The notes below the pieces were generated by a model. It had not been told where the DNA came from. It was given only the letters and a program-made list of their open reading frames with translations, and searched no databases. A program made the position numbers and the translations under genes. Of a stretch of 64,000 nt of DNA, positions 21,400 to 31,283 are shown piece by piece. The stretch comes from an uncultured delta proteobacterium (GTDB lineage Bacteria; Desulfobacterota; Desulfomonilia; UBA1062), in the NCBI GenBank assembly GCA_963798485.1, contig CAWCTR010000008.1, forward strand, positions 128,001 to 192,000, read 5' to 3'. Numbering within the stretch: position 1 is the stretch's first letter; the number at the start of each line of letters is the position of its first letter.

Positions 21400-21561
21400 G
21401 GATATGTTGACCTGAGGATAGCAGCCGTTATCTGTATAGGGTTCTTTCTTGGCAGCATGTTCGGTGCGAAGGTGGCAACAAATTTATCGAATATCCTTTT
21501 GCAAAGAATATTTGGCATAGCTTTACTCTTAATTTCATTAAAGATGATATTTGTTAAATAA
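21400..21561 (+). pseudogene. TauE/SafE (TSUP) sulfite exporter C-terminal fragment
   Basis: GYVDLRIAAVICIGFFLGSMFGAKVATNLSNILLQRIFGIALLLISLKMIF, preceded by an in-frame TAA. Confidence 0.6.
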
Positions 21562-21587
21562 ATGCCCTCTCGGTCATGAAATGGTTT

Positions 21588-21881
21588 TCATAATGAGCAA
21601 CTGCTCTTTGATGTTCTTCTATCTAAATCAGAGTAAAGCTCAATTCCCCACACCGATACATCAATTGTTACGTCACCGACTAATCGAACTACATCTTTGT
21701 CTACGACAAACGTAAACCCTTCGACCTTGTGTATCTCGTCATTTAATTTTGGCTCATCCAGAGCCATCCGCAGTTGCGGGCTCCCTCAAAGATATTTTAT
21801 AAGTATACGTAAACCAGAGGGGGCCTGGTCTCTGTAGGTATCCTTAAACTTCTTCATGGCTTGTTCTGTTACCTTGATCAT
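21588..21881 (-). CDS. HesB/IscA-like selenoprotein, UGA at 21788-21786 (absent from ORF track)
   Basis: AGGAGG RBS; MIKVTEQA...LRILIKYL-TGA-GSPQLRMALDEPKLNDEIHKVEGFTFVVDKD...SSCSL, 97 aa. Confidence 0.8.
21750..21785 (-). promoter_or_regulatory. SECIS-like hairpin
   Basis: tggctc-tggat-gagcca, loop starts 25 nt after the UGA with G at the second position. Confidence 0.6.
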
Positions 21882-21961
21882 ATGTGCATCCTCCTATGTA
21901 TAGTTTTCTTTATCTGATCGTATTGATAGTAGTGTTGTAGGCGAAAGAAGTTAATCATGCA

Positions 21962-21975
21962 TTGATGTGGATCAA
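21962..21975. promoter_or_regulatory. Perfect FNR-type box TTGATGTGGATCAA
   Basis: Exact TTGAT-N4-ATCAA between the divergent HesB-like gene and the Fe-S operon. Confidence 0.65.
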
Positions 21976-22215
21976 TTTTTGAAAAATTAGTGGTCTATAA
22001 AAATCCTGTGTGTGGATGAACGTACAATCCTGGGTATCATTTGTACCGGTATGTTTTTATGATTATTCTACCAATTCATCTATATTGGTATTGCTGCCGT
22101 CCTAATAAAGGAATAATCTTAATGACGTACATTTCAATGTCTCTGGAGGCTACACATGCCATAAACCTCTTGAGTAACAGCTATACAAATTGCTGATTTC
22201 TGGAAGGAGATCTCC

Positions 22216-23235
22216 ATGCATGAACTGATCTTTGATCCGAAGCTCTGTGAGGGCTGTAAGACATTGGACTGCATCATGAAGTGCCAGTACATCGAGATGG
22301 ACCTTGATGAGGCACGCAGAGAACATGCCAAAATCCTCCGGGGGGAGGAATCCCGGATCCTCAAAGATTGTGTCACCTGCTATGCCTGCGAGGAGTATTG
22401 CCCCAGCAGGAACCACCCGTTCTATCTCATCGTGGAACGACAGGAACAACTTGGCATCCATCCCGTCCCAAAGCCCATTGAGAAGTCCCAAGTCATCATG
22501 ATGGGACCTCGGGGCAAGATCAAACAGAAAAAGCTTAACCCCCCGGTCATCGACATGTGCTTTTTCGACATCATGAAGGGCGGCATCAGGGGAAAACTCT
22601 TCGATGGTGCCACAACCATCGGCGGCAGCGATGTTTTCTGCAACCTCATGTTCCTCCACTTTGCCCGGAACTCCACCATCCATGAGCGCCTGCCGCTGAT
22701 CATGAACAATATCATGAAATACTTTCTGGAACCTTCAGGTGTGAAAGAGCTCATCTGCTACCATGATGAATGTTACGGCACCTATACCTCATGGGCCCCT
22801 GCATTCGGGATTGAAGTCCCCTTCCGACCTGTTCACCTCTTTGATTATATCTATCACAAGCTCCTTGATCTGAAGCCCGATATCAAACCGCTGAATGTGA
22901 AGGTGGCCTACCAGAGGCCCTGTTCAAATCGCCTCTGCCCTGAGACGGACCACTTCGTGGACGACATTTTCAGTCTTATCGGCGTTGAGCGGCCAAAGAG
23001 GATCTATGAATACCAGAATGCCCTGTGCTGCGGAGGGGTCCCTGAGGCTGCCCAGCGATTCGAACTTGTGGAGGAGATCCAAAAGAAGAACGTGGAGGAC
23101 ATGAAATCAACCGGTGCGCAATATGGGGTGTTCAACTGCCCGTTCTGCTTCTGGACCCTTGCAGAACCCGTAGCAAAGGCAGGCATGTTGCCTATAATGA
23201 TGTCCGACCTATGTCTCATGGCGCTGGGCCAGTAA
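22216..23235 (+). CDS. Fe-S/CCG-domain protein (HdrD-related)
   Basis: CEGCKTLDCIMKC, CVTCYACEEYCP, YQRPC, LCCGG, NCPFC. Confidence 0.8.
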   Translation: MHELIFDPKLCEGCKTLDCIMKCQYIEMDLDEARREHAKILRGEESRILKDCVTCYACEEYCPSRNHPFYLIVERQEQLGIHPVPKPIEKSQVIMMGPRGKIKQKKLNPPVIDMCFFDIMKGGIRGKLFDGATTIGGSDVFCNLMFLHFARNSTIHERLPLIMNNIMKYFLEPSGVKELICYHDECYGTYTSWAPAFGIEVPFRPVHLFDYIYHKLLDLKPDIKPLNVKVAYQRPCSNRLCPETDHFVDDIFSLIGVERPKRIYEYQNALCCGGVPEAAQRFELVEEIQKKNVEDMKSTGAQYGVFNCPFCFWTLAEPVAKAGMLPIMMSDLCLMALGQ

Positions 23236-23241
23236 GGGGGG

Positions 23242-24636
23242 TTGAGCATGCTTGATCAAGAGATAATCGGAAAGCTGAAAACCATCGTGGGGAGCGATTA
23301 CGTCTCTGATGCAGCAGAAGAGCTCTTTATTTACTCGCGGGACCAGGGGGTCCAAGACCCCCACATGCCGGACTGTGTGGTCATGCCCGGTAGCGCCCCA
23401 GAGGTCCAGGAAATCATCCGGCTTGCTGTACAGAAAAAGATCCCGGTGGTGCCCATGGGTGGAGGCCTGGTGCTTTCCGGCCTCACGTTGCCGTTGAAGG
23501 GTGGGATCGTGCTGGATATGAAAAGGATGAACCGCATTATCGAAATCAATGAGAAGAGCCACTATGCGGTTGTGGAGGCAGGAACCTCCCAGGGCATGCT
23601 GGATGCCTATCTAAGGAAGCACCACCCGGGTCTCAAACACTCCCTTCCCGATGCGCCCCCTTCTGCGACCATCGCAGGGAACATCGCCATCCATGGCTCC
23701 GGCCACTTGTCCCAGAGTGAAGGCGGGTTCCATTCCGAGATGGTGACGGGTCTGGAGGTTGTTCTGCCCACGGGCGAGCTTGCCAGATTCGGGTCATGCT
23801 CCACTGTCCCATCCTGGTTTTCCCGCGCACCCCTTCCGGATCTCGTGGGGCTGTTCCTCGGCTGGAACGGGACCACAGGGGTCATCACCAAGGTGGGCAT
23901 CAAGCTCTATCCCAGGCCCAGTTTGCACGATGTCATGGTCTTCATGACCGAGGATATCGACCTGGCACCGGAGATCATCACTCGGATCATCAATACCGAG
24001 GTCGCCGAAGATATCAACTATGCATTGGCGCCCAAGCCCGACTATCTGAACGGATTCCAGATGACTGTCATCAATGTCACAGCCAACTCGGCGGCAGAAA
24101 TGAGGATGAAGAAGCAGATAATACGTGATGCGCTCCATGACTTCTATGAAACAAAAGAATCCGGATTCATGCCGGTACCGCCCAACATGAAGGCGGGCTT
24201 TCTGGAGGCTCCCCAGAAGGCCCTGAGTAAGTTTGCCGATGTGAGGAAAGGGGGCGGATTCGAGTACGTGGGTGCCATCATGCCCATCGAGAAGATCCCT
24301 GATGCCTGCCGCGCCGGCATGGAGATCACGGCCAGGAACCGAATCACCTACTCCCTTGGCGCCAGGATCATTGGCAGGGGGCACTGTGCCATGTTCTTCT
24401 TCGCTTACCCGTTCAACAGGGCCGATAGAGAAGAGGTGGAACGGGTGAAAAACGCCCTGGAAGATACCAATGAAACAGCCCTCAAGCTCGGCGGAATACC
24501 CTGGAAGGCAGAGGCCCAGGGACAGCAGCTCATCTTGAAACAGATGGAGCCGGAGACGTACAAGGTCATGAAGAAGATCAGGGATGTTCTGGACCCGGCT
24601 GGGATCATGAACCCCGGCAACTGGGAGGTGGGATGA
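23242..24636 (+). CDS. FAD-binding oxidoreductase (GlcD/D-lactate dehydrogenase family)
   Basis: GGIVLDMKRMNRI, ATIAGN, GLEVVLPTG, LDPAGIMNPG. Confidence 0.88.
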   Translation: MSMLDQEIIGKLKTIVGSDYVSDAAEELFIYSRDQGVQDPHMPDCVVMPGSAPEVQEIIRLAVQKKIPVVPMGGGLVLSGLTLPLKGGIVLDMKRMNRIIEINEKSHYAVVEAGTSQGMLDAYLRKHHPGLKHSLPDAPPSATIAGNIAIHGSGHLSQSEGGFHSEMVTGLEVVLPTGELARFGSCSTVPSWFSRAPLPDLVGLFLGWNGTTGVITKVGIKLYPRPSLHDVMVFMTEDIDLAPEIITRIINTEVAEDINYALAPKPDYLNGFQMTVINVTANSAAEMRMKKQIIRDALHDFYETKESGFMPVPPNMKAGFLEAPQKALSKFADVRKGGGFEYVGAIMPIEKIPDACRAGMEITARNRITYSLGARIIGRGHCAMFFFAYPFNRADREEVERVKNALEDTNETALKLGGIPWKAEAQGQQLILKQMEPETYKVMKKIRDVLDPAGIMNPGNWEVG

Positions 24637-25796
24637 TGGAAAAGGGACTTGTCGATATCCTCCATCGATGCTTTCGGTGCGGCTGGTGCAAGTTCCCCAC
24701 CAATTATCATGATTTCAATTGCCCTGCATACCTGAGATACCGTTTCGAGTCCTTCTCTGCAGGGGGAAGAATGTGGCTTATCAGGGCCTGGCTGGATGGA
24801 GAGATCAAAACGAGTGAAAGGCTTGCCCAGGTCCTGTTTTCATGCGCAACCTGCAGGAACTGCGTGGAGGCCTGTGCCATACCGCTGATCAAGGACCAAC
24901 TCGTGGACGTCTTCATAGCAGCGAGGCAGGATATGGTGGAAACAGGGCTCATACCTCCGGCGGTACGGGATTACTTCAAGGCTATCACCACAACGGGGAA
25001 TCCCTACAAGATGCCCCGGACGGACCGGAAGAAATGGGCGGAGGGATTAAACGTCCCCGCATATACCAATCAGGAGTATCTTCTCTACATCGGTGATGAA
25101 GCATCCTACGATGACCTGGGCATGAGGATGTCCCGCTCTGTTGCACAGCTCCTGAATGAAGCCGGCATATCATTCGGGGCCTTGTTTGAGGAAGAGAATG
25201 GCGATGGCAATGAAGTTCTGGCATTGGGTGAGCTCGGATTGTTTGCCGAGATTGCACTTCAGAACATCTCGGACTGGAATCAGCGCGGCATAAAGAAGAT
25301 CATCACCATATCGCCCCATGCCTACCAAGCCATCAAGAATGAGTACGTTAAACATGGATCAAGCTTTGATGTGTATCACTACACTCAGGTTTTTAGCACT
25401 GCAATTCAGCATCTACCCATAAGAAGAGAATACCCCTCAAAGGTCACCTACCATGACCCCTGTTATCTGGGGAGGTGGAACAGGGTCTATCTCCAACCCC
25501 GCTTTATCCTGAACTCCATTAAGGGCTTGACCCTAGTCGAGATGGACCGTTCCATGCAGAACGCTTTGTGCTGCGGCGGCGGCGGGGGTAACTCTTTTAC
25601 CGACATCCTGGGTACGGGCCCTGACCTGGCCGGAAGGTCTCGCGTCAGAGAGGCACTTTCTACAGGGGCACAGATCATCGCAGTTGCCTGCCCCCAGTGC
25701 TACCGGATGCTCGATGATGCCGTGAAGGCGGAAAATGCTCAAGAACAGATCAGGGTGATGGAGATAACAGAGATCATGAATTCAGCACTACTATAA
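24633..25796 (+). CDS. (Fe-S)-binding oxidoreductase (GlcF/HdrD-like, CCG domain)
   Basis: [39 protein letters not shown]. Confidence 0.88.
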   Translation: MMEKGLVDILHRCFRCGWCKFPTNYHDFNCPAYLRYRFESFSAGGRMWLIRAWLDGEIKTSERLAQVLFSCATCRNCVEACAIPLIKDQLVDVFIAARQDMVETGLIPPAVRDYFKAITTTGNPYKMPRTDRKKWAEGLNVPAYTNQEYLLYIGDEASYDDLGMRMSRSVAQLLNEAGISFGALFEEENGDGNEVLALGELGLFAEIALQNISDWNQRGIKKIITISPHAYQAIKNEYVKHGSSFDVYHYTQVFSTAIQHLPIRREYPSKVTYHDPCYLGRWNRVYLQPRFILNSIKGLTLVEMDRSMQNALCCGGGGGNSFTDILGTGPDLAGRSRVREALSTGAQIIAVACPQCYRMLDDAVKAENAQEQIRVMEITEIMNSALL

Positions 25797-25809
25797 AAAA
25801 GGGCCGGGT

Positions 25810-27194
25810 ATGACGAGAGAAAAACCCAGATCGGGCTGTTCGACACCCACGGAGGCCATCTTAGAAAGCATATCGGACGGTGTGTTCACGGTTGATAGTG
25901 ATTGGGTCGTCACCTCGTTCAACCGCGCAGCCGAGGAGATCACCGGGGTGTCTAGGGAAGAAGCCATCGGAAAGCTCTGCTCCGAAGTCTTCCGCTCCAG
26001 CATGTGCGAGACTGACTGCGCACTGAAGCGGACATTAAAGACAGGAAAACAGGTGATCGGTAAGTCGTGCTACATCATCGATGCCAAAGGCCAGCGTATC
26101 CCCATCAGTGTCTCCACCGCCGTACTGAAGGACTCCAGTGGCCGCATTATAGGTGGTGCTGAGACTTTCCGTGATCTGACCGAGCTTGAGGAGCTCCGCC
26201 AGGAGCTTAAGGGGCGCTCCCATGTGGGTGAGCTCGTGAGCCGGAGTCCCATCATGCAGAAGGTGTTTGAGGTAATCCCGGCCGTTGCGGCAAGCCCCAG
26301 CACCGTCCTCATTCTCGGCGAGACCGGTACGGGCAAGGAAGTGGTGGCGAGGACCATACATGCATTGAGCCCCCGGCATGAAGGCCCCTTCATCGCGGTC
26401 AACTGCGCGGCCCTGCCCGATACGCTCCTGGAATCCGAACTTTTCGGCTACAAGGCAGGGGCATTCACCGGTGCAACACGGGACAAGCCCGGGCGGTTCG
26501 CCCTTGCAAAAGGTGGGACCCTGTTTCTCGATGAGATCGGCGAGGTGAGTCCAGCGCTGCAGGTAAGGCTGCTGCGGGTCCTTCAGGACAGGAAATATGA
26601 GCCTCTGGGCGCCACCCGGTCCGAGACGGCCGATGCCGGGTCATCGTGGCCACCAATAAGGACCTGGCGCAGCAGGTCAAGCAGGGACTCTTCCGCGAAG
26701 ACCTCTACTACCGCGTGAACGTAGTCCGGCTTCAGCTACCCCCACTGAGGAGGCGCAAGGAAGACATCCCGCTGCTGGTGGAACAGTTCATCGCCCACTT
26801 CAATGTCCTGCAGGAAAAATCCATCCAGGGTATTACCGCAGAAGCGCTGTCCCTGCTCATGGCCCACGACTGGCCCGGCAACATACGGGAGCTGGAAAAT
26901 GTCGTCGAGCGGGCATTCATACTGTGCTCCAAGGGCTCCATCGGCATTGCCCACCTGCCCGAGGAGCTGACGGTCCGTTACATTCAGCACATCACACAGC
27001 CGGGTCTGAAATCGGCCGGTGAAGTGATGGAGGCCCAGGCCATCCGGAAGGCACTTGAGCGCAATGCCAACAACCGCCTTGCAGCTGCAAGGGAGCTCGG
27101 CATCCACAAGAGCACCCTGTTCAGGAAGATGAAGCGGCTCGGCATCACCTCTACAGGCAAAGATGGCCGTGCCCGCCGCCAGATGATACAGTAG
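25810..27194 (+). CDS. orpR: PAS-domain sigma54-dependent activator, OrpR-like (frameshift near 26637)
   Basis: PAS domain with C-X8-C-X3-C ([14 protein letters not shown]), [23 protein letters not shown], Fis-type HTH; split over two frames. Confidence 0.8.
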
Positions 27195-27218
27195 CAGATC
27201 TGCTAGCTTGCCATTGAT

Positions 27219-27244
27219 CATGAGTCGCATTGATGCGACTCATG
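27219..27244. promoter_or_regulatory. Putative enhancer (UAS) palindrome CATGAGTCGCA-ttga-TGCGACTCATG
   Basis: Perfect 11-bp arms about 85 bp upstream of a sigma54 site; core repeated at 27595-27610. Confidence 0.65.
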
Positions 27245-27327
27245 GGACATGTTCCTACGCCCCTGTTTCACCAAATACTTCAAGTAAACTGGAATGTTGG
27301 CAACAACATATGAACCAGTAAGGGCCT

Positions 27328-27343
27328 TGGCATGGTCTGTGCT
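27328..27343 (+). promoter_or_regulatory. sigma54 -24/-12 promoter TGGCATGGTCTGTGCT (copy 1)
   Basis: GG-N10-GC spacing. Confidence 0.7.
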
Positions 27344-27377
27344 CATCTTATGATAAAGGTGGGTATCTCCAGATCAT

Positions 27378-27590
27378 ATGAAAACAGCATTTTCTTCCTG
27401 GAACAATCGGATCGCCCCGGTCTTTGATGTGGCCCGGCAAGTCTTCCTCGTGGAGAGCGATGCGGATCTGATCAAAGGCGAGATCGAGGAGACCATCCCC
27501 CCGGACGACCTGATGGCTAAAGCCCAATGCCTGGCAGGTCTCGGAGTTAACACATTAGTCTGCGGTGCCATATCGCGCCCCTTGCAGGGT
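27378..27590 (+). pseudogene. Truncated NifB/NifX-family gene copy 1
   Basis: Homology ends at ISRPLQ; the frame runs on into the duplicated promoter. Confidence 0.7.
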
Positions 27591-27698
27591 CTCTGTCGCA
27601 TTGTTGCGACTCATGAGATATGTTCTTACACTCCCGTTTCACCAAAATATCCAAGTATACCGGAATGTTGTCAACATCCTCTCTCCCTGCAACCGTCT

Positions 27699-27714
27699 TG
27701 GCATGGTCTGTGCT
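27699..27714 (+). promoter_or_regulatory. sigma54 -24/-12 promoter (copy 2)
   Basis: Identical 16-mer TGGCATGGTCTGTGCT. Confidence 0.7.
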
Positions 27715-27747
27715 CACCTCAGGATGAAGGTGGATCTTCCAAAGCAT

Positions 27748-28315
27748 ATGAAAACAGCATTTACTTCCTGGAATAATCGGATCGCCCCGGTCTTTGATGT
27801 GGCCCGGCAGGTCTTCCTCGTGGAGATTGATGCGGACCAGATCATAGGTGAGATCGAGGAGACTATTCCCTCGGACGACCTGGTGGCTAAGGCCCAGTAC
27901 CTGGCAGGACTCGGGGTGAACACACTGGTCTGCGGCGCAATATCGCGCCCCATGCAATGCTGTAACTCCTACGGTATCAGGGTGATCCCATTTGTGGCCG
28001 GGGACTTGCGGGAAGTGATCCAGGCGTGTCTTGAGGGCAGGATTCATGACGAGATCTTCGCCATGCCCGGATGCTGCCCGCAGGCCAGACGCCGTGGGGG
28101 CAGGGGTGGGCGGCGCAGGGCAGGGACGGTGTGCCAAGGGTGATGTCCCTGAAGCGGGTTCCTGTGAAACCTGTATCTGTCCGAACTGCTCTCACCAAGA
28201 GCCGCATGAACGGGGAATTCCCTGCTCACGGAAACAGTGCCCAGTTTGCGGTAGCACTCTTATCAGGGGACAACAGAAGAGAGGAATACGAATAAAAGAG
28301 GACCAGAGGCCATGA
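27748..28315 (+). CDS. NifB/NifX-family protein with C-terminal Cys-rich finger (frameshift near 28100)
   Basis: RIAPVFD...CGAISRP...MPGCC; second frame CICPNCSHQEPHERGIPCSRKQCPVCGSTLIR. Confidence 0.7.
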
Positions 28316-28361
28316 ACACACCCTCGGGTGGGCAATGGAAGAATGAGAAAGGAGACAAGCT

Positions 28362-28725
28362 ATGCCACAAGGAAATGGAACAGGCCCCCTTGGTATGGGG
28401 TCCATGACCGGCCGCAGGGCCGGGTATTGCGCGGGTTTTGATATGCCAGGATATGCGAATGCCGCACCAGGATACGGTTTCGGGCGTGGACGAAGATGCC
28501 GGGGCCTCGGCTCTGGCGCTAGTGGACGTGGGTGGCGCACTTGGTTTCACGCCACCGGACTGCCCGGATGGATGCGGTTCGGCGGACACAGGGATACAGC
28601 CCGCACAGATCGATCCGACCAGCGAGAGAGAGGCTCTCAGGGGCCGGGCCGACATGCTGCAGGCCGAGCTGGAATCCATAAGGCAGCGTCTCGACGAGAT
28701 CGATGCGTCTGCGAAGACTCGATGA
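28362..28725 (+). CDS. DUF5320-like Gly/Arg-rich protein (frameshift near 28590)
   Basis: MPQGNGTGPLGMGSMTGRRAGYCAG...ATGLPGWMRF; coiled-coil tail EREALR...LQAELESIRQRL in another frame. Confidence 0.7.
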
Positions 28726-28817
28726 AGAAAGTCGTCTGAAACAGACCGTGCCGGTCCATCCCTCCTCTGTTTCATGTGGACGGTTGGCCGGTCTTTTCAG
28801 GAAAACCGGAGGATTGT

Positions 28818-29261
28818 GTGAAGAAGATAGGCATTATCATTTGTGACCGCTACCGCAGTTGCGGAGGAGGTAAGTGCTTCAGGGCGATCAGGGAGAGACG
28901 CGGCGCATTCGCGCATTACCCTGCCGATGAAGCTGTTGAAGTGGTGGGCTTTTCGAGCTGCGGGGGCTGCCCCGGCGGGAATGTGGAATATGTCCCGGCT
29001 GAGATGAAGAAGAATGGCGCCGAGGTGATACACCTGGCAACGGGTTTTGTTGTGGGATACCCTCCATGTCCGCATATTGCCGACTTTAAGAACTTCATCG
29101 AGACACAGTTCGGATTGAGGGTCGTAGTGGGCACTCACCCCATCCCCCTGAAGTATCAAAAAATACATGAGCGTCTTGAGTTTTGGGAACGCCAGGACAT
29201 GAAAGGACTTGCCGGACCCCTGATGGAAGAAGACAGGTCGGTCATGGAGGCATATGACTGA
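28818..29261 (+). CDS. CGGC-domain protein
   Basis: KIGIIICDRYRSCGGGKC, SCGGCPG, PPCPH, VGTH; GGAGGA RBS before GTG. Confidence 0.85.
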   Translation: MKKIGIIICDRYRSCGGGKCFRAIRERRGAFAHYPADEAVEVVGFSSCGGCPGGNVEYVPAEMKKNGAEVIHLATGFVVGYPPCPHIADFKNFIETQFGLRVVVGTHPIPLKYQKIHERLEFWERQDMKGLAGPLMEEDRSVMEAYD

Positions 29262-29296
29262 TGCCGGTAATTCTACACCGGTGGAAGGAGAAGGAC

Positions 29297-29660
29297 ATGA
29301 AAGTTGCATTTACAACCTCTGGAGAAAGTCCTGGAAGCGCCCCTTGACAGCCGTTTCGGCAGGGCGCCGAAGATTCTCATATATGATCTGGATGCTGGGA
29401 CTTTCGAGATTACTGACAATACCCAGAACCTGAACGCCCCACAGGGTGCGGGCATCCAGGCGGCTCAGAACGTGGCCAGAACCGGGGCAAAGCATCTGGT
29501 GACCGGGCACTGCGGACCCAAGGCATTTAAGGTGCTCAAGGCGGCTGGAATCTCCATCTACACCACCGATGTCGCCACAGTCTCAGAGGCACTCGACCGG
29601 TTCCGGGCGGGCAGCCTTACCCCTGCACAGTCGGCTGACGTGGAGGGACACTGGGTATGA
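29297..29660 (+). CDS. orp: Orange protein (ORP)-like NifB/NifX-family protein (frameshift near 29328)
   Basis: MKVAFTTSG then DSRFGRAP...GAGIQAAQ...TGHCGPKAF. Confidence 0.75.
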
Positions 29661-30187
29661 AAGGGGCGAAGCCCCATGCAGGGCATATCACCTACATACC
29701 CATCGGCATCATCCGCAGCCCTCACACGGTTCCTGAGCAGACTCCAGCGCAGTCTGTGTATGCACAGGGATGCCTGGGCACGGCTGAGATTATGCCCGAG
29801 TACGGTGAAGGTCTGGACGATCTTGACGGATTCTCCCATGTCATCCTCATCTACCACTTCCATCGGGCAGGCTCCGCGCAGCTGACCGTACAGCCCTTGC
29901 TTCAGGATAAAGAGCATGGCGTGTTCTCTACCCGTAAGCCGTGCAGGCCCAACACCATCGGCCTGAGCATTGTTGAGTTGGTGAAACGGGAAGGCAACAC
30001 CCTCCATATCGACGGGGTGGACATCCTCGACGGCACCCCCCTGCTGGACATCAAGCCCTATGTGGGCAGGTTCGATTGCTTCAAAAACACGATTGACGGA
30101 TGGCATCGCGAGGTGGACGAGGCATCAGCCCAGCTGCGTGGAAGGCGTGGATATCGTCCCGACAATGATCCGGAGGCCACCTCATGA
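29657..30187 (+). CDS. tsaA: TsaA/TrmO-family SAM-binding protein (tRNA m6t6A37 methyltransferase-like)
   Basis: PIGIIRSP, GVFSTRKPCRPNTIGLS, DILDGTPLLDIKPY. Confidence 0.85.
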   Translation: MKGAKPHAGHITYIPIGIIRSPHTVPEQTPAQSVYAQGCLGTAEIMPEYGEGLDDLDGFSHVILIYHFHRAGSAQLTVQPLLQDKEHGVFSTRKPCRPNTIGLSIVELVKREGNTLHIDGVDILDGTPLLDIKPYVGRFDCFKNTIDGWHREVDEASAQLRGRRGYRPDNDPEATS

Positions 30188-31042
30188 TCGTTGGCCGTGG
30201 CTTCGGGAAAAGGAGGGACCGGCAAGACCACGGTCTCGGTGAACCTGGCAAGGGTCATGGATTCGCCCGTGCACCTCTTGGACTGCGATGTGGAGGAGCC
30301 TAACTGTCACTTGTTCCTCAAAGGCACGGTCTTGAAGACCGAAGAGGTCTCCATACCTGTACCGGAGGTGGATGAGTCCCTCTGCAATTCCTGCGGCCAG
30401 TGCAGCTCCTTTTGCCAGTTTCACGCCATTGCGTCCCTCGATACGCTGACCATGGTATTCCCCGAGCTCTGCCACGGATGCGGCGGCTGCATCATGGTAT
30501 GCCCCCTTGGAGCCATGACCGAGACGGGTAAAAGGATCGGCACCATCGAAACCATGGACTCCAGCCATATAACCCTGGTCCGGGGGATTCTCGATGTCGG
30601 GGTGGCCATGGCCCCACCGCTCATTCGGGCTGTGAAGGACCATATTCAGGACAATGAGCTCACGATCCTGGATGCACCTCCCGGGACGTCCTGTCCGGTG
30701 ATCACAACGATCAAAAATGCGGATTTCGTGCTGCTGGTCACCGAGCCCACACCCTTTGGACTGCATGACCTTTCCCTGGCCGTAGATATGGTCAGAGACC
30801 TGGACATCCCCATAGGCGTGGTGATCAACCGCGCAGGTATCGGCGATGAGAGGGTCAACACCTTCTGTAAAGCGCAAGGGATACCCATCCTCCAGGAGAT
30901 ACCCGACGACCGCATGATCGCCCAGGCATATTCCCGCGGCGAGCTCATCGTGGACGCCCTGCCACAGTACCGCACGGTTTTCAAAGAACTCATGGATAAG
31001 ATCATGAACCATAAAAAAGGAGTGAGAGATGCCCACCTATGA
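30184..31042 (+). CDS. MinD-superfamily P-loop ATPase with 4Fe-4S ferredoxin insert (probable frameshift just after ATG)
   Basis: SGKGGTGKT, DCDVEEPN, CNSCGQC, CHGCGGC, DAPPGTSCP, EPTPFGLHD. Confidence 0.85.
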
Positions 31043-31277
31043 ATATGAATGCAAAAAATGCGGACACCGGTTTGAACAGCAGCAGGCCATGACGGATGCA
31101 CCGCTCAAGGCTTGCCCGGAATGCAAAGGGGATGTCCACCGCCTGGTATCAGGCGGGACGGGATTCATCGATAAGTCAGGCGGCCACGGCCATGCAGGAA
31201 GGTGCTCCCTGGAGCAGACAGGCAGGACTTGCTGTGGACGTGAAGAGCGTTGCGGTGCACCGCACTGTGAAGAGTGA
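31029..31277 (+). CDS. FmdB-family zinc-ribbon protein
   Basis: MPTYEYECKKCGHRFE...CPECKG. Confidence 0.85.
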   Translation: MPTYEYECKKCGHRFEQQQAMTDAPLKACPECKGDVHRLVSGGTGFIDKSGGHGHAGRCSLEQTGRTCCGREERCGAPHCEE

Positions 31278-31283
31278 AAAGCA

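Larger units (their letters stand above)
27224..27956 (+). repeat. Diverged tandem duplication (~371 bp unit) of UAS, sigma54 promoter and 5' end of a NifB/NifX gene
   Basis: 27224-27586 vs 27595-27956; both encode MKTAF.SWNNRIAPVFDVARQ...CGAISRP. Confidence 0.9.
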
